Assembly (NCBI GenBank): GCA_048937405.1
Contig: JBHLNF010000013.1
Location: 19,332-83,331 of the forward strand
DNA from: Promethearchaeota archaeon
Lineage (GTDB): Archaea > Asgardarchaeota > Lokiarchaeia > Sigyniarchaeales > SOKP01
Reading direction: 5' to 3'
DNA: 64,000 nt
The notes under the pieces were generated by a model, which made no database searches, was not told where the DNA came from, and saw only the letters and a list, made by a program, of their open reading frames with translations. A program made the position numbers and the translations under genes. Shown here piece after piece: positions 40,430 through 51,179 of the stretch. How positions within the stretch are numbered: position 1 is the stretch's first letter; the number at the start of each line of letters is the position of its first letter.

Positions 40430-40660
40430 ATGCTTTTAAATTTAATAGAAAAAAAAATTCAATCTACTACTAAAAATGATTTATTTGAAAAGGTATTCAT
40501 AAATCTGAAAAAAATTATAATACCATTTTCACAAATTGGAAACTCGAAAAAACCTTCATATTTATACAATGGATTAGAAGAAATTGCTTTTAAAGAACGA
40601 AATATAACATATAAAAAAATACTTTTGAATGAATTTGTTGATAATTTTATTAAAACATAA
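40430..40660 (+). CDS. Small hypothetical protein, paralogue of 40773..41009
   Basis: INLK..IIPFS..G.S..Y.Y.G.E.I.F.ER..TY..IL.NEF shared with the next ORF. Confidence 0.75.
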   Translation: MLLNLIEKKIQSTTKNDLFEKVFINLKKIIIPFSQIGNSKKPSYLYNGLEEIAFKERNITYKKILLNEFVDNFIKT

Positions 40661-40772
40661 GTCATTTTTATAAAAGTTTTAGAAAAAATCATAAAACTTC
40701 TTAAGACTCATAATTTTTCTTTAAATACTTTTAATTTTATTTCAGATTATAAGGTATAAATGTGAGAAAAGA

Positions 40773-41009
40773 ATGAGTTCTAAAACTTTAGATAAAAAAT
40801 TTGAAGGAATTATTGAAGAAGATATTGTAAAACAACCAATAAATCTAAAACAATTTATCATTCCTTTCTCAGAGTTTGGTAGATCCACGAAATATATCTA
40901 TCTTGGAACTGAAAAGATACCTTTTAGAGAACGATATCCAACTTACCAAATGATTCTAACGAATGAATTTGCTAAAGCAATAAAAGAATTCCAAGAAACT
41001 TTAAAATAA
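40773..41009 (+). CDS. Small hypothetical protein, tandem paralogue
   Basis: Same shared motif as 40430..40660. Confidence 0.78.
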   Translation: MSSKTLDKKFEGIIEEDIVKQPINLKQFIIPFSEFGRSTKYIYLGTEKIPFRERYPTYQMILTNEFAKAIKEFQETLK

Positions 41010-41059
41010 AACATTAAAATAATTAGTGTAGTATATATAGCTTAAAAATGAGTAAGAAT

Positions 41060-42373
41060 CTAACTCTCTAATAAGGGAGGATCCTTAACTTTACGATATT
41101 TGTATAATTCAAAATCGAGTAAGTGATCTTTTTCATTCTCAGGAGTTTTTTCATAATTTATATCAAATGGAGAATCATAAATCTTGAGAAAAAGAAACAT
41201 TGGAGATTTGTCTTTTTCTCGAAGGGCAAAATAATAGGAATCTAAAGTATTATTTATATTAAATATTTCAGTTGTATTTCCAAGAAAAATTTCCTCTTTT
41301 TCAGATCTAATATCTTTTTCTTCGATCTTTGATACTTCTTTATCTAAAAGGCCTAACTTTTTAATAATTTTTTCTAGTAAGTCTGAGGATTTAATTAAGC
41401 TAATAAATCCATCTACTTTAAATCTTTGAAAAATCTTTTTTTTAACCTGGGCTTGGATTGTACTCATTCTGATACCCAAATGATTACATATAGAACTAAT
41501 ACTTACCTTTTCCTTGCAAGTACATAACACAACAATGGAACTTACTAATCCTGCGATGACATCATCAGTTGTATTTTTAATGCCTTGCCATAACCTATAG
41601 AGTATTTTTTTAGAAAGAAAATAAAAAGGCATTCCTAACTCAAATCCCTCTGAAATTTCAAGAATTCTTTGAAGTATATATTTCTGTCTATTACGTTCAC
41701 CATATTCTGGTAAGAATCTTTGGAGTTGTAAGATAAAATCATTGAATTCCTTTTTTGAAATTTTAGAAATCTCAATTAATTCCTGTGGATTAATGGAAAT
41801 ATTATTAAGCTTAAGACAAAAATATATTATAATTGAAACTAATTTCTCTATATTTCTGTATTTTGAACTCGGTCTAATTTTAGCTCTAATCATCTTAAAT
41901 TTGGTTAATACCATTTGTTTTATTGAATTATATCCATTTAAATCTAAATAATTAAAGATTCTCGCTATTTCAATACGAGCTCTCTCAATCACAGCTTTTT
42001 CACTCGGGATTATAGAATTGTATTTGTTTATCCTTTGTAATCGGATAGAGTGAGGAGAGATTATTCGTTCACCCCTTGTGCCTATCAAAGTTCTGCCTAC
42101 ACCCTTTGCATACTGAATTAAATCTTCATTATAAGGTCTATCGTATTGTAGCTTTTGAATTTCTAATACAATTCCACAATCTCGGCATACATACCCCTCA
42201 GAGTTTTCTATAATGTCAGAAGAACCACAAATATCGCATGAAAGATATGAAATACCACGAATTAGTTCACCTTCTTGAAGTATTTTATTTGTTGCCAATG
42301 CTTTGATCACTATTTTTTCTAATTTACCTAAAGAATATAAGGTAGGTGTTTTGATTTTAAACCTTTTCCTCAA
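41060..42373 (-). CDS. Divergent TFB/TFIIB-family transcription initiation factor with N- and C-terminal extensions
   Basis: Zn ribbon CDICGS...YVCRDCGIV; two cyclin-like repeats (IIIYFCLK....I...ELIE; AGLVSSI...SISSICNHLGIRMSTI). Confidence 0.8.
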   Translation of the reverse strand: MRKRFKIKTPTLYSLGKLEKIVIKALATNKILQEGELIRGISYLSCDICGSSDIIENSEGYVCRDCGIVLEIQKLQYDRPYNEDLIQYAKGVGRTLIGTRGERIISPHSIRLQRINKYNSIIPSEKAVIERARIEIARIFNYLDLNGYNSIKQMVLTKFKMIRAKIRPSSKYRNIEKLVSIIIYFCLKLNNISINPQELIEISKISKKEFNDFILQLQRFLPEYGERNRQKYILQRILEISEGFELGMPFYFLSKKILYRLWQGIKNTTDDVIAGLVSSIVVLCTCKEKVSISSICNHLGIRMSTIQAQVKKKIFQRFKVDGFISLIKSSDLLEKIIKKLGLLDKEVSKIEEKDIRSEKEEIFLGNTTEIFNINNTLDSYYFALREKDKSPMFLFLKIYDSPFDINYEKTPENEKDHLLDFELYKYRKVKDPPLLES

Positions 42374-42472
42374 AAATTAATTGATGAGAATAGGCTTTCT
42401 ATCTCCCAATTTTAAGATGTGATTTATTGTGTTTGACAAAAATAACTAAAAATTTTCCATTTTATCGATCAC

Positions 42473-42486
42473 TGACAAAAATGTCA
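42473..42486. promoter_or_regulatory. Palindromic operator-like site upstream of the TFB paralogue
   Basis: TGACA-AAAA-TGTCA, plus a second TGACAAAAAT at 42434; lies just downstream of a canonical BRE/TATA (minus strand GAAAAGAAAG-CTTAAAA, 42497-42513). Confidence 0.45.
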
Positions 42487-42913
42487 ACATAAAAAGTTTT
42501 AAGCTTTCTTTTCAAAAGTAGAATTAATTTTCCTTAAATCTTAGGGCTTTAATTTTACAAAAGAAATTCAAGATTCCACTGATTAAATTACACTTATATA
42601 TGTAAAATGATTACGTATTTGTGATTTAATTATCATTTTTTTAATTATTATAAATCTACAGGTCTGAACTTATCAATTATTAAATTGAATTATTTTTAAT
42701 ATCTTAATCTAGTGGAGCTTTTTGTTAAAAATAAATATTTTATAGTTTAAGATTAAAAACTACAGATCTTTTATTGAAAATTACTAAATTAGTTTAATCA
42801 ATTAAGTTCTACTTAATTGTAATAAATAAACTTTTATAGATTCTCAAGTTAATTTAAACCTAACAAGAAATATTTATTCAATAATTTTACAAATTTATAT
42901 AAGTTGAAAAAAT

Positions 42914-43408
42914 ATGGGCGCAGGAAAAGTTTTGGCGTTTTTAGGGGGCGTACTAACTTTACTTGGTACTTATGTTTTTGCTATTATTGGTGCAAACCAT
43001 ATTGTAGGGTCTGGTATTACTTTTGCGATAAAGATTCCTGAACTATTTGAAAATGCTGATCCTAATTCTACGGCATTAGATATTCCAGTAGCACTCTATT
43101 ATGTATATTTAGTCCTCTTCATTATATTTCTTGCATCTGGTATATTACAAATGCTTAGTATACAAAGTAGAGCGGTAGGTTTTATATTCTCACTCTTTCC
43201 CTTAGCAGTTTCACTAATGTTTATAATGTTACTATATACAAATATTCTGGGCACTACATCTGGTTTTTTTGCAGTTATTTTTCTCGATGATCAGTATGGT
43301 GATATTTTTCCATTTCTAATAGAACTTGGAGATGTAGATTTAGGAGCATATTTGTTACTTGCAGGCGGAGTTTTAGGAATATTAAGTGTGTTTATGGAGC
43401 GCGATTAA
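42914..43408 (+). CDS. Four-TM membrane protein
   Basis: Hydrophobic, Gly-rich helices. Confidence 0.75.
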   Translation: MGAGKVLAFLGGVLTLLGTYVFAIIGANHIVGSGITFAIKIPELFENADPNSTALDIPVALYYVYLVLFIIFLASGILQMLSIQSRAVGFIFSLFPLAVSLMFIMLLYTNILGTTSGFFAVIFLDDQYGDIFPFLIELGDVDLGAYLLLAGGVLGILSVFMERD

Positions 43409-43532
43409 TTAACCAAAATTTTTTTTTCTTTTCTTTACTTTATTTTAAAAATTATTCTAAAGTTATAATTTCGTAAATTTCTTTAAAAACTTATAATACC
43501 AAAAGAAAAAATAAATAAAGAGAAATTTTAGA

Positions 43533-45107
43533 TTAAGCATAGTTAGATTTTTGTCTTCTTATTATTATCAAAATTATTACAGTACTAATTCCAAATAATA
43601 ACATTAATCCATATCCAGAAATCTCAGGGGAATTTTCAGTGTGTAAATTTTTAAAAACTTGTACATATGCTTCGCCTATCAATCCTATGCTATTATTTGC
43701 ATAAAAACTAATAGTAACAAGTCCATTTTCTTTTTTATCCCATTCAGATTGCTTAATATGGTAATATAATGTATTTATTGTAATATTTGTTACACCATTA
43801 TCAATTGTGTACCAAATGGTATTGTATGGAATAGATACAGTTATGTCATAAACTGGCGCGTAATTTCCATAAGTTATATTGGGTTTTGGATTATTAATTG
43901 TTATTTGTGGTACTGGAACAAGATCACGGTCAAAAAGATAAATATAATTACTTCCTCCCGCCACAATATATTTTCCATCGGAGGAAATATCTAATTTATT
44001 ACTACGACAGCAACCTACGTTGTCCAATTTATAAACCCAAATTGGGATTGAACTTGCATTATTGAATAAATAAACATAGTCATCCTGGCTTTGTGCAACG
44101 ATATACTCTCCATTATCTGAAATATCAACTGCTACTATATTTCCTCCAGTTGAATAATTCCAAATAGGTGTTGAATTTAATCGGTTAAAAAAGTACACAT
44201 TACGATCCCGACATCCTACAACAATATATTTGCTATCTGGAGTCATTTTAATAGAATCAACATAGTTAGGAGTATTATAAACCCATATTGGAATTGAACT
44301 ATTTTTATGGAACAAATATACTGCTCCACCCCCAGTTGCAACATAATTACCATCAGTAGATATTGATAAAGCATCAGTAGTATATCCTGGAAAATAAAAA
44401 GTCCACTCTGGTACACTACTAGATTTATTAAAAAAATATAATCTATAAGCATTATCTGTGGTAACTATATAACTTGCATTTGAGGAGGCATCCACTCGAA
44501 GAGTTGATCCGGTTGTTGAAGCCTCCCAAAAAGGAGAAGATCCCGTTTTATTAAAAAGAAATAATTTTTCAGACGCACCCGTAACAGCAATATAAAATCC
44601 ATCATCGGAGATCCAAACATCAGAAAATCCATCCCCAGTAGAATAATTCCATAACGGAATAGGATTTAAATAATCAAAAAAGATAACTCTAAAGTCGGTG
44701 AAGTAAACACTTGCCACAATATAAGATCCATTAGCAGAAATCCCAATATCATATAAAGATTTTAAAACTGAGTAATTCCATAATGGATTTTTTATTTCAG
44801 GGAGAGAATTATTGAATAAAATGATTGTTGCCGACAAGTTTGTATTTCCTAGTGTCTTCCATGAAGCTGTTATATAACCTCCGTCAGAAGAAATCGTGAC
44901 TGCCTCAACTTGTTGATCTTCACCTAAGGAGTAGTTCCATAATGGAGTAGTGGGAAGAATTGAATTAGAATTATATAAATTTATAATAAAGTTATCCTTG
45001 AGTGATTTTGAACTCCCAGTTAAAAAAATAGGATTTCCTAATAGGATAATTGCTGACAATAATAATAGTTGTAAATTGAATTGCTTTAAATTCTTCAATA
45101 GCAACAA
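43533..45107 (-). CDS. Secreted WD40/PQQ-like beta-propeller with Ig-like domain and Loki-CTERM anchor
   Basis: Repeats P.W.Y......V.IS.DG.YI.A; C-terminal ISGY + TM + basic tail. Confidence 0.88.
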   Translation of the reverse strand: MLLLKNLKQFNLQLLLLSAIILLGNPIFLTGSSKSLKDNFIINLYNSNSILPTTPLWNYSLGEDQQVEAVTISSDGGYITASWKTLGNTNLSATIILFNNSLPEIKNPLWNYSVLKSLYDIGISANGSYIVASVYFTDFRVIFFDYLNPIPLWNYSTGDGFSDVWISDDGFYIAVTGASEKLFLFNKTGSSPFWEASTTGSTLRVDASSNASYIVTTDNAYRLYFFNKSSSVPEWTFYFPGYTTDALSISTDGNYVATGGGAVYLFHKNSSIPIWVYNTPNYVDSIKMTPDSKYIVVGCRDRNVYFFNRLNSTPIWNYSTGGNIVAVDISDNGEYIVAQSQDDYVYLFNNASSIPIWVYKLDNVGCCRSNKLDISSDGKYIVAGGSNYIYLFDRDLVPVPQITINNPKPNITYGNYAPVYDITVSIPYNTIWYTIDNGVTNITINTLYYHIKQSEWDKKENGLVTISFYANNSIGLIGEAYVQVFKNLHTENSPEISGYGLMLLFGISTVIILIIIRRQKSNYA

Positions 45108-45229
45108 ATTGGAGTATTATTTTTTCTGTATTTTAATAATTAGAACTAAAAAATATATAAATTTTACTTAGTGAAAAAAAGATTATTTCTTCAATTTTTC
45201 TTTATATATTCTCATGATAGTAATATTCT

Positions 45230-45619
45230 ATGGAAATAAATTCAATAAATTCTGAACAATCACACACACATAACCATGAGGATGGTATAAAGTGTGGTAT
45301 TTGTAGGAATGAATTCAAAAAAGGAGCAAGAATATATCAGAAAGGGCTTAGTTTTGGAGTTGTGTGTGAAGAATGCTACAAGAATAACTCAGTTGACGAT
45401 CTTGAACTTATGACAAATTTATTCATGGCTTATGGTGGATATTTTGGCATGAAGAAAGATCCTAATTACTCTTTGTATAAAGTTTTAAAGAACCTAACAT
45501 CAGAGGATAATGGCACTAGATCAATTTTAGAACTCAATATTAACTTGCTACATCAAGCGCTTTTGCATGGGATTTGTCCGCATCAATTCAGACAAGGATT
45601 AAAGTTACTTGTAGATTAG
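45230..45619 (+). CDS. Zn-finger hypothetical protein
   Basis: CGIC...CEEC; T-rich TATA 29 nt upstream suggests a leaderless transcript. Confidence 0.75.
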   Translation: MEINSINSEQSHTHNHEDGIKCGICRNEFKKGARIYQKGLSFGVVCEECYKNNSVDDLELMTNLFMAYGGYFGMKKDPNYSLYKVLKNLTSEDNGTRSILELNINLLHQALLHGICPHQFRQGLKLLVD

Positions 45620-45670
45620 TTTTTTAATAGTTTAATTTATTTTGTTTAAATCTATGACACTATATTAGAA

Positions 45671-46798
45671 TTAAAATTTTTCTGCTATAAAGTCTTCTAC
45701 TTTCTGTAAAGCTTCCGGCATATTTTTCCTTCCAAACCCAATTCTAAAATGATTATCACCATATTCAAAATTAGAACTTGGCATCAATAAAACTCCCTTC
45801 AAATTTAATAAATCCATACAAAGACTGTTGACACTCTCATTCCCAACAAATCTAGGAAATGCAATAGGACCTGCTTTAGGTTTAACCCATTGGAATAAAT
45901 TTTGATACTTTTTAAAGAAATGGTCTAATAAAATAATATTTTTTTGAATTATTTTAAGATTTCTATCTAGAATAACCTGTCTATTTCTTAAAGCTAAGAT
46001 AGCAAAAAATTCGCTAAGTGCACTATTACAGATTGAAGTGTAATTTTTAAAAGAAGTGATCTGCTTTAAAAGTGAAGAATTTTTCGACGCAATCCATCCA
46101 ATTCTTAATCCCGCAAGACCGTAAGATTTTGACAAAGCGCCAAGCGAAATCCCTTTGTAATAAAGATCGCACATAGATGGAAGTCTGTCATTCTGATCAT
46201 ATTCCGAATAACGAAATACTTCATCAGAAAAAATATATATATCATTTTTTTGAGCAATTTCAATAATCTGTTTATATCTTTCTTTTGAAGCAAGATAACC
46301 AGTTGGATTATGGGGAAAATTTATCACAATACATTTTGTATTATTTTGGATATTAGATTCTAAGAATTCTAAATCAAGTTCCCAATTATCTTTATCTTTC
46401 ATTTCCCATTTAGTTACTTTACACCCTATAGCATTTGCAATTTCAAATAAAGATTGATAGGCTGGAAATTGAACAATTACATGGTCATCTTTCTCTAAAA
46501 GCACATTCATATATGCAAATATACCCTCTTCAGATCCAGAAAAAACAATTATGTTTTCTTTTTCAATTTGTTCATATAATTTAGATATTTCTTCTCTTAA
46601 AATAGGATGACCAAGTGTCTCTGTATATCCCAATTTGAGTTTATTTAGTTCTTCGAAAGTCCCACTTTCAAGTTCTAGTAATTCTTCTATGCTAAAGGAT
46701 TCACAATCAGCGGAGCATAGAAGATATTTAACACTAAACTCATACTTAGCAAAAAATTCTTCAAGTAGAAAAGGTTTAATTCTCATTAGTTTAAGCAT
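45671..46798 (-). CDS. PLP-dependent aminotransferase class I/II
   Basis: NFPHNPTG, SDEVFR, LSKSYGLAGLRIGW, FRIGFG. Confidence 0.92.
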   Translation of the reverse strand: MLKLMRIKPFLLEEFFAKYEFSVKYLLCSADCESFSIEELLELESGTFEELNKLKLGYTETLGHPILREEISKLYEQIEKENIIVFSGSEEGIFAYMNVLLEKDDHVIVQFPAYQSLFEIANAIGCKVTKWEMKDKDNWELDLEFLESNIQNNTKCIVINFPHNPTGYLASKERYKQIIEIAQKNDIYIFSDEVFRYSEYDQNDRLPSMCDLYYKGISLGALSKSYGLAGLRIGWIASKNSSLLKQITSFKNYTSICNSALSEFFAILALRNRQVILDRNLKIIQKNIILLDHFFKKYQNLFQWVKPKAGPIAFPRFVGNESVNSLCMDLLNLKGVLLMPSSNFEYGDNHFRIGFGRKNMPEALQKVEDFIAEKF

Positions 46799-46907
46799 CT
46801 GATTTTTTAAAATTTAAAACTATGATATATCCTATTTTTTCTTTATATATATCTATTTTGATAAAGAATCAACAAAATTACAAAAAAAGAGTTGAAGAAA
46901 AAAAAGA

Positions 46908-48146
46908 ATGGCTGATTTAGAACAAGTGAAAGGGATCAATGCCCGTCAAATTAAATTACTTCAAGAGAATGGTATTAGCTCAGCTGAAGCACTAGCTATG
47001 AGTCCTCATTCTACAGTCGCCACCATTGATGGTCTTGGTGAAAAAACCGCCAAAAAACTGATTTGGAACGCAAGAAATGCATTGGGTATGACTGAATTCA
47101 CTCCTGCAGCAAAAATAGATGATAATGTTGAATATATTACTACGGGTTCTGCTGAATTGAATCGGATATTAGGTGGAGGATTTCAAACAGGTAAATTAAC
47201 CGAAGTATTTGGTCCTTTCAAATCAGGAAAAACAGCTTTGGCACATTCGATATCAGTCACTATACAATTACCAGAAAAAAAGGGTGGACTAAGTGGTGCA
47301 GTTGCTTATATTGATACTGAGAATACTTTCTCCAAAGAAAAGATCAAAAGAATTGCCAAACGATTTGAACTTAACCCTAATGAGGTTTTATCAAAGATTT
47401 TTCATGCTCGAATTTACTCCTCAGATCATCAATCTCAAATGATTCAAAGAGCAGAAACACTTTGTAAGACACGTGGGGTACGTTTAATTGTAATCGACAG
47501 CTTGATGGCGTTACTTCGATCAGAATATGTTGGAATAGGACAACTAGCTCCACGACAAGCAGTTCTCAATCATATGATACATGGCTTATCTCGTATTGCA
47601 GAAACATATAATTGTGCGGTTTTACTTACTAATCAAGTAGCAACTAAGATGATGGGAATGTTTTCTTCTGATGATGCTATTGGTGGTAATATAGTTGCTC
47701 ATGGTTGTCACTTTCGATTAATGTTCAAGACAAAAGGATTCTCATCTAATAATTCCTTGAAACGTAGAGCAGTCATAGTTGATGCTCCAGACCTACCTCC
47801 TGAAGAATGTGAATTTTTTATAACTAGTGCTGGTATCGCGGATACTGATAAAGTTGATTTACCAGAATCTTCAGTTTTGGATTTTAAAATTGAATCATTA
47901 TATGAAGAAGATAAAACAAGTCAAACTGAAAGTATTATAAGTGAACATTCTGAAATTGAGATTCCTTTAACTAAAGTAAAAGGTATTGGAAAAGGAACTG
48001 TTGAAAATTTACTTACCCAAGGAATCACTAATATATCGGAGTTATTAGCAGCAGATCCAGAAGAACTATCAGCAAGTATTTCAGGAGCTTCTGCAAAAAC
48101 AGTAAGTGACTGGCAAATTAATGCTAAGGCTTTAATAAATTCCTAA
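46908..48146 (+). CDS. RadA/Rad51-family recombinase paralogue with extra C-terminal HhH domain
   Basis: N-terminal HhH, FTPA polymerisation motif, GPFKSGKT Walker A, YIDTENTF, LIVIDS, TNQV, IGGNIVAH; C-terminal KVKGIGKGT HhH. Confidence 0.9.
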   Translation: MADLEQVKGINARQIKLLQENGISSAEALAMSPHSTVATIDGLGEKTAKKLIWNARNALGMTEFTPAAKIDDNVEYITTGSAELNRILGGGFQTGKLTEVFGPFKSGKTALAHSISVTIQLPEKKGGLSGAVAYIDTENTFSKEKIKRIAKRFELNPNEVLSKIFHARIYSSDHQSQMIQRAETLCKTRGVRLIVIDSLMALLRSEYVGIGQLAPRQAVLNHMIHGLSRIAETYNCAVLLTNQVATKMMGMFSSDDAIGGNIVAHGCHFRLMFKTKGFSSNNSLKRRAVIVDAPDLPPEECEFFITSAGIADTDKVDLPESSVLDFKIESLYEEDKTSQTESIISEHSEIEIPLTKVKGIGKGTVENLLTQGITNISELLAADPEELSASISGASAKTVSDWQINAKALINS

Positions 48147-48342
48147 ATCCTTATTTTTTTTTGATTTAACAATTTTTTTTCTCTTTATCATTTAATTTTC
48201 AAAACATTAGTTTTCAGTTAGATAAACATATTTATCTTAATCACTTTTTCCTGAATTTTAATATTAAATAATCAGAACTCTTAAGATTTGTACTTTTTAT
48301 CATCTAAGTAAGATAAATATGAATATTAAGTGATAAAGAAGA

Positions 48343-48846
48343 ATGGGAACTTTAACTAAGGATGAGATTAATGCCTTACCAAACCGATTTGACACAGTCC
48401 CTTATAATACTTTTTTTAAACTATGGTATGCTTTACAGAAAGCTTTACCTGCTAATAAAAAAGATGAAATATTAACGAAGATTGGCCGGACAATTGGAAA
48501 AGAATTCAATGATAATGGCGTCGAAACTACCGAAGATTTTTTACTACGACTACGAGAATTCTTGGAGAAAGAATGGGCAATTACAGATAATGCTAAGATT
48601 GATGTCAAAAGAGATGGAGAAGGAAACATAGTCAAAATTCTGGCTTACCAAGACAGTTGTAAAATGTGTTTTGCCAATACATATTTTAGATACCATGACT
48701 TTGGGAGTCCCGCTTGTATGTTTCCTCAGGTTATGATGGGAATTTTATCTAAAGTGAAAAATAAGTTTGGATTTAGAAATCTTCGATTTGAAGGTGTTCA
48801 GAAAGGTGGCGTTGGTGAGTGTGCTATGCAATGGAATGTTCACTAA
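48343..48846 (+). CDS. V4R-like domain protein
   Basis: IGRTIGKEF helix, SCKMC, ACMFP, GECAM. Confidence 0.55.
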   Translation: MGTLTKDEINALPNRFDTVPYNTFFKLWYALQKALPANKKDEILTKIGRTIGKEFNDNGVETTEDFLLRLREFLEKEWAITDNAKIDVKRDGEGNIVKILAYQDSCKMCFANTYFRYHDFGSPACMFPQVMMGILSKVKNKFGFRNLRFEGVQKGGVGECAMQWNVH

Positions 48847-49062
48847 TAAATACAAGAGTTCAATAATAAATAAATTAAGGAAGTGCAAACTATTAAAATT
48901 GTTTTAATTTAATTATCTATTTTTTTTCTATTTTTATCAATTTAATTCCACTTTTATAAATTAAGAAGAAAAAAATAAACAATTTTATAATATTTGAGAG
49001 AGATTAGAAAAGACACAAATCACTTTCACTACAGATTATCATTTATTTAGAGTCTTATCTCT

Positions 49063-51006
49063 TTATCTGAATTTCTTCCATAATAACATAATTACCCCTA
49101 CGGCAATGATGCCTACCGTTCCAAAAGTAATGGTTAGAATAATAATTAGATTTGGACCCTGATCAGAAATTCTTTTATGTATAGTTATTTCTTCAAAGGC
49201 AGTATTTCCTACCTTATCCTTAACATAGAATACCAGGTTAACTTCACCTTCGAGTAATGCAGACCAAGCTGTTTGATCTATTGTACCGTTATTCTTAAAG
49301 GTATAATTATGTATACCACTGTCAAGAGTATACCACATCTCATCAATAAATTTTTCTTTTACCCTAATAACAAAACTTGGAGCGGAATTTCCAAATTTGG
49401 AATTATTAGCTGGTGATAAAATCGTTATTTCAGGGGCTTCATTATCTACAATGGGAAGAAAATCTTGTATTAGTGGAGAATCACTTACATTATATGGAAC
49501 ATCACCAATTCCATCGTTATCTGCATCTGTACCGTTATAATCATCCCAATAATTCCCAATTTTAGAATTATTCCAATTTTGATCCAATGCGTTAATAGCA
49601 TGCATTCCATTGTTTTTAAAGAAATTAAGAAAAATAGTATTATTATAACTTCCACCTCCTAGATATATTCCAAAATCAGTATTTCCACTAATTACATTTT
49701 CAGAGATATTACAATTACTAACTATTAGAAACATTCCTTGAAGACTATTTTCAATATTATTATCTAAGATTGTAATATTTTCATAGAAGAATTTAATCTC
49801 AAGTCCTCTGTAACTATTGTTTTTGATATTGTTTCTTCTAATAATGTTATTATGACCCTTTAAGAAGATTCCAGCGTAACCAAAGTTGATCTCATTTTCA
49901 GAAATAATGGAATTTTCAAGAGAAGTAGTAGTTTCAATACCAAATAAATTTCTATTAATAAAGTTATTAGCAATTGTAATATTTACACAGAACCTTATTT
50001 TTAGACCGCAGCGATTATTACAAGATAGATTATTCTGGGTAATTTCAATATTATTACACTTCCATAAATAAATTGAAACAGATCCATTAGATAAATCATG
50101 ATTTGATATTGATGAATCATTGCAATTGAAAAGAATAATTTGTCCAGCATTAATGAAATCGTTAGGACCTAAGTTTGTTTCATTCATATATAAATATAAA
50201 TGTTTTCCATTTACTAAATTAGAAGTATCAACTAAATTTCCTAATGAATCATCAAAAAAACCACAACCTTTCATAAAATTTCCTGTAAAATTATTATTAA
50301 TACTAGGGCCATATATAAATATTCCATAATTTTCATTTTTCTTTAGTAAATTACCTATTATTGTATTATTATCGCTAAAATTTTCTAAAAATATCCCATA
50401 TTCATTCTGATTAATATTATTCCATGATAAGGAATTATTATCACTATGTCTCATATATACCCCGTATTGTTCATTATTATTAATAGTATTATTAGTTAAA
50501 GTGTTATTCATGCAGTAAAAAGTGAGATATTGTTCATATGTGAAATGAGGATCATCTGTCCATCCATCTAAATAAATACCGATATCATTGTAAGAGCAAT
50601 TATTTTTCAAAAGTGTGCCATTACATGATCTTGCCAATCGAATGCCAGACTCACAATTATAAATTGTACAATTTTCTATCCTGAAATATACCTTTTTAGA
50701 TCCAATAAGGATGCCCGTTCCAGATCCTCCCCCATCTATAATTAAATCTTTTATGACATAGGGATCCGAAAAAGTTCCAGAACCTGTACATATTCCCGCA
50801 TCCCGAGCATCAGACCAATTATTAGATATAAGGATTCTTTCTGATACTTTAGAGGTTCTAATATTTGTCTTTTCAAACGTAATAGTATTCTTTTCAACTC
50901 TAGAATTTAAACTTAAAAAATCAAGATTTAGAGAGCAACAATTTAAAAGTACAATTAAAAATAAAGAAAATATCATTTTATTTCTAAATTTGAATTTTTC
51001 CCTCAT
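49063..51006 (-). CDS. NosD/CASH parallel beta-helix surface protein with Ig-like domain and C-terminal TM
   Basis: GSGT..DPYVI, N-rich repeats, GNYWDDY.G.D...DGIGD.PY, TM + KKFR. Confidence 0.88.
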   Translation of the reverse strand: MREKFKFRNKMIFSLFLIVLLNCCSLNLDFLSLNSRVEKNTITFEKTNIRTSKVSERILISNNWSDARDAGICTGSGTFSDPYVIKDLIIDGGGSGTGILIGSKKVYFRIENCTIYNCESGIRLARSCNGTLLKNNCSYNDIGIYLDGWTDDPHFTYEQYLTFYCMNNTLTNNTINNNEQYGVYMRHSDNNSLSWNNINQNEYGIFLENFSDNNTIIGNLLKKNENYGIFIYGPSINNNFTGNFMKGCGFFDDSLGNLVDTSNLVNGKHLYLYMNETNLGPNDFINAGQIILFNCNDSSISNHDLSNGSVSIYLWKCNNIEITQNNLSCNNRCGLKIRFCVNITIANNFINRNLFGIETTTSLENSIISENEINFGYAGIFLKGHNNIIRRNNIKNNSYRGLEIKFFYENITILDNNIENSLQGMFLIVSNCNISENVISGNTDFGIYLGGGSYNNTIFLNFFKNNGMHAINALDQNWNNSKIGNYWDDYNGTDADNDGIGDVPYNVSDSPLIQDFLPIVDNEAPEITILSPANNSKFGNSAPSFVIRVKEKFIDEMWYTLDSGIHNYTFKNNGTIDQTAWSALLEGEVNLVFYVKDKVGNTAFEEITIHKRISDQGPNLIIILTITFGTVGIIAVGVIMLLWKKFR

Positions 51007-51179
51007 AATTTCTCAAAAGTTTTTAGATTTTCTTCGGTTATTGTTATTTTTTATTTTTAAAATATAAAAATGTTTTGATTTCCCAAAAAATAGATCTATG
51101 CTAAGGACTTGAGATTAAATTCCCAAAATTAGAGTATTGTTAGGCTTTCTATTTTTAAAATGAAGATATAAATCTTTAG

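Noticed and set aside
36642-42646. Near-identical ATTATCA-T7/8-AATTA at about 36642 and 42629
   Set aside because: Low-complexity AT sequence; could easily be chance.
43533-51006. Internal repeats in the beta-propeller and NosD genes as possible DGR or repeat arrays
   Set aside because: They are degenerate protein-level repeats; there is no near-identical TR/VR pair and no reverse transcriptase.
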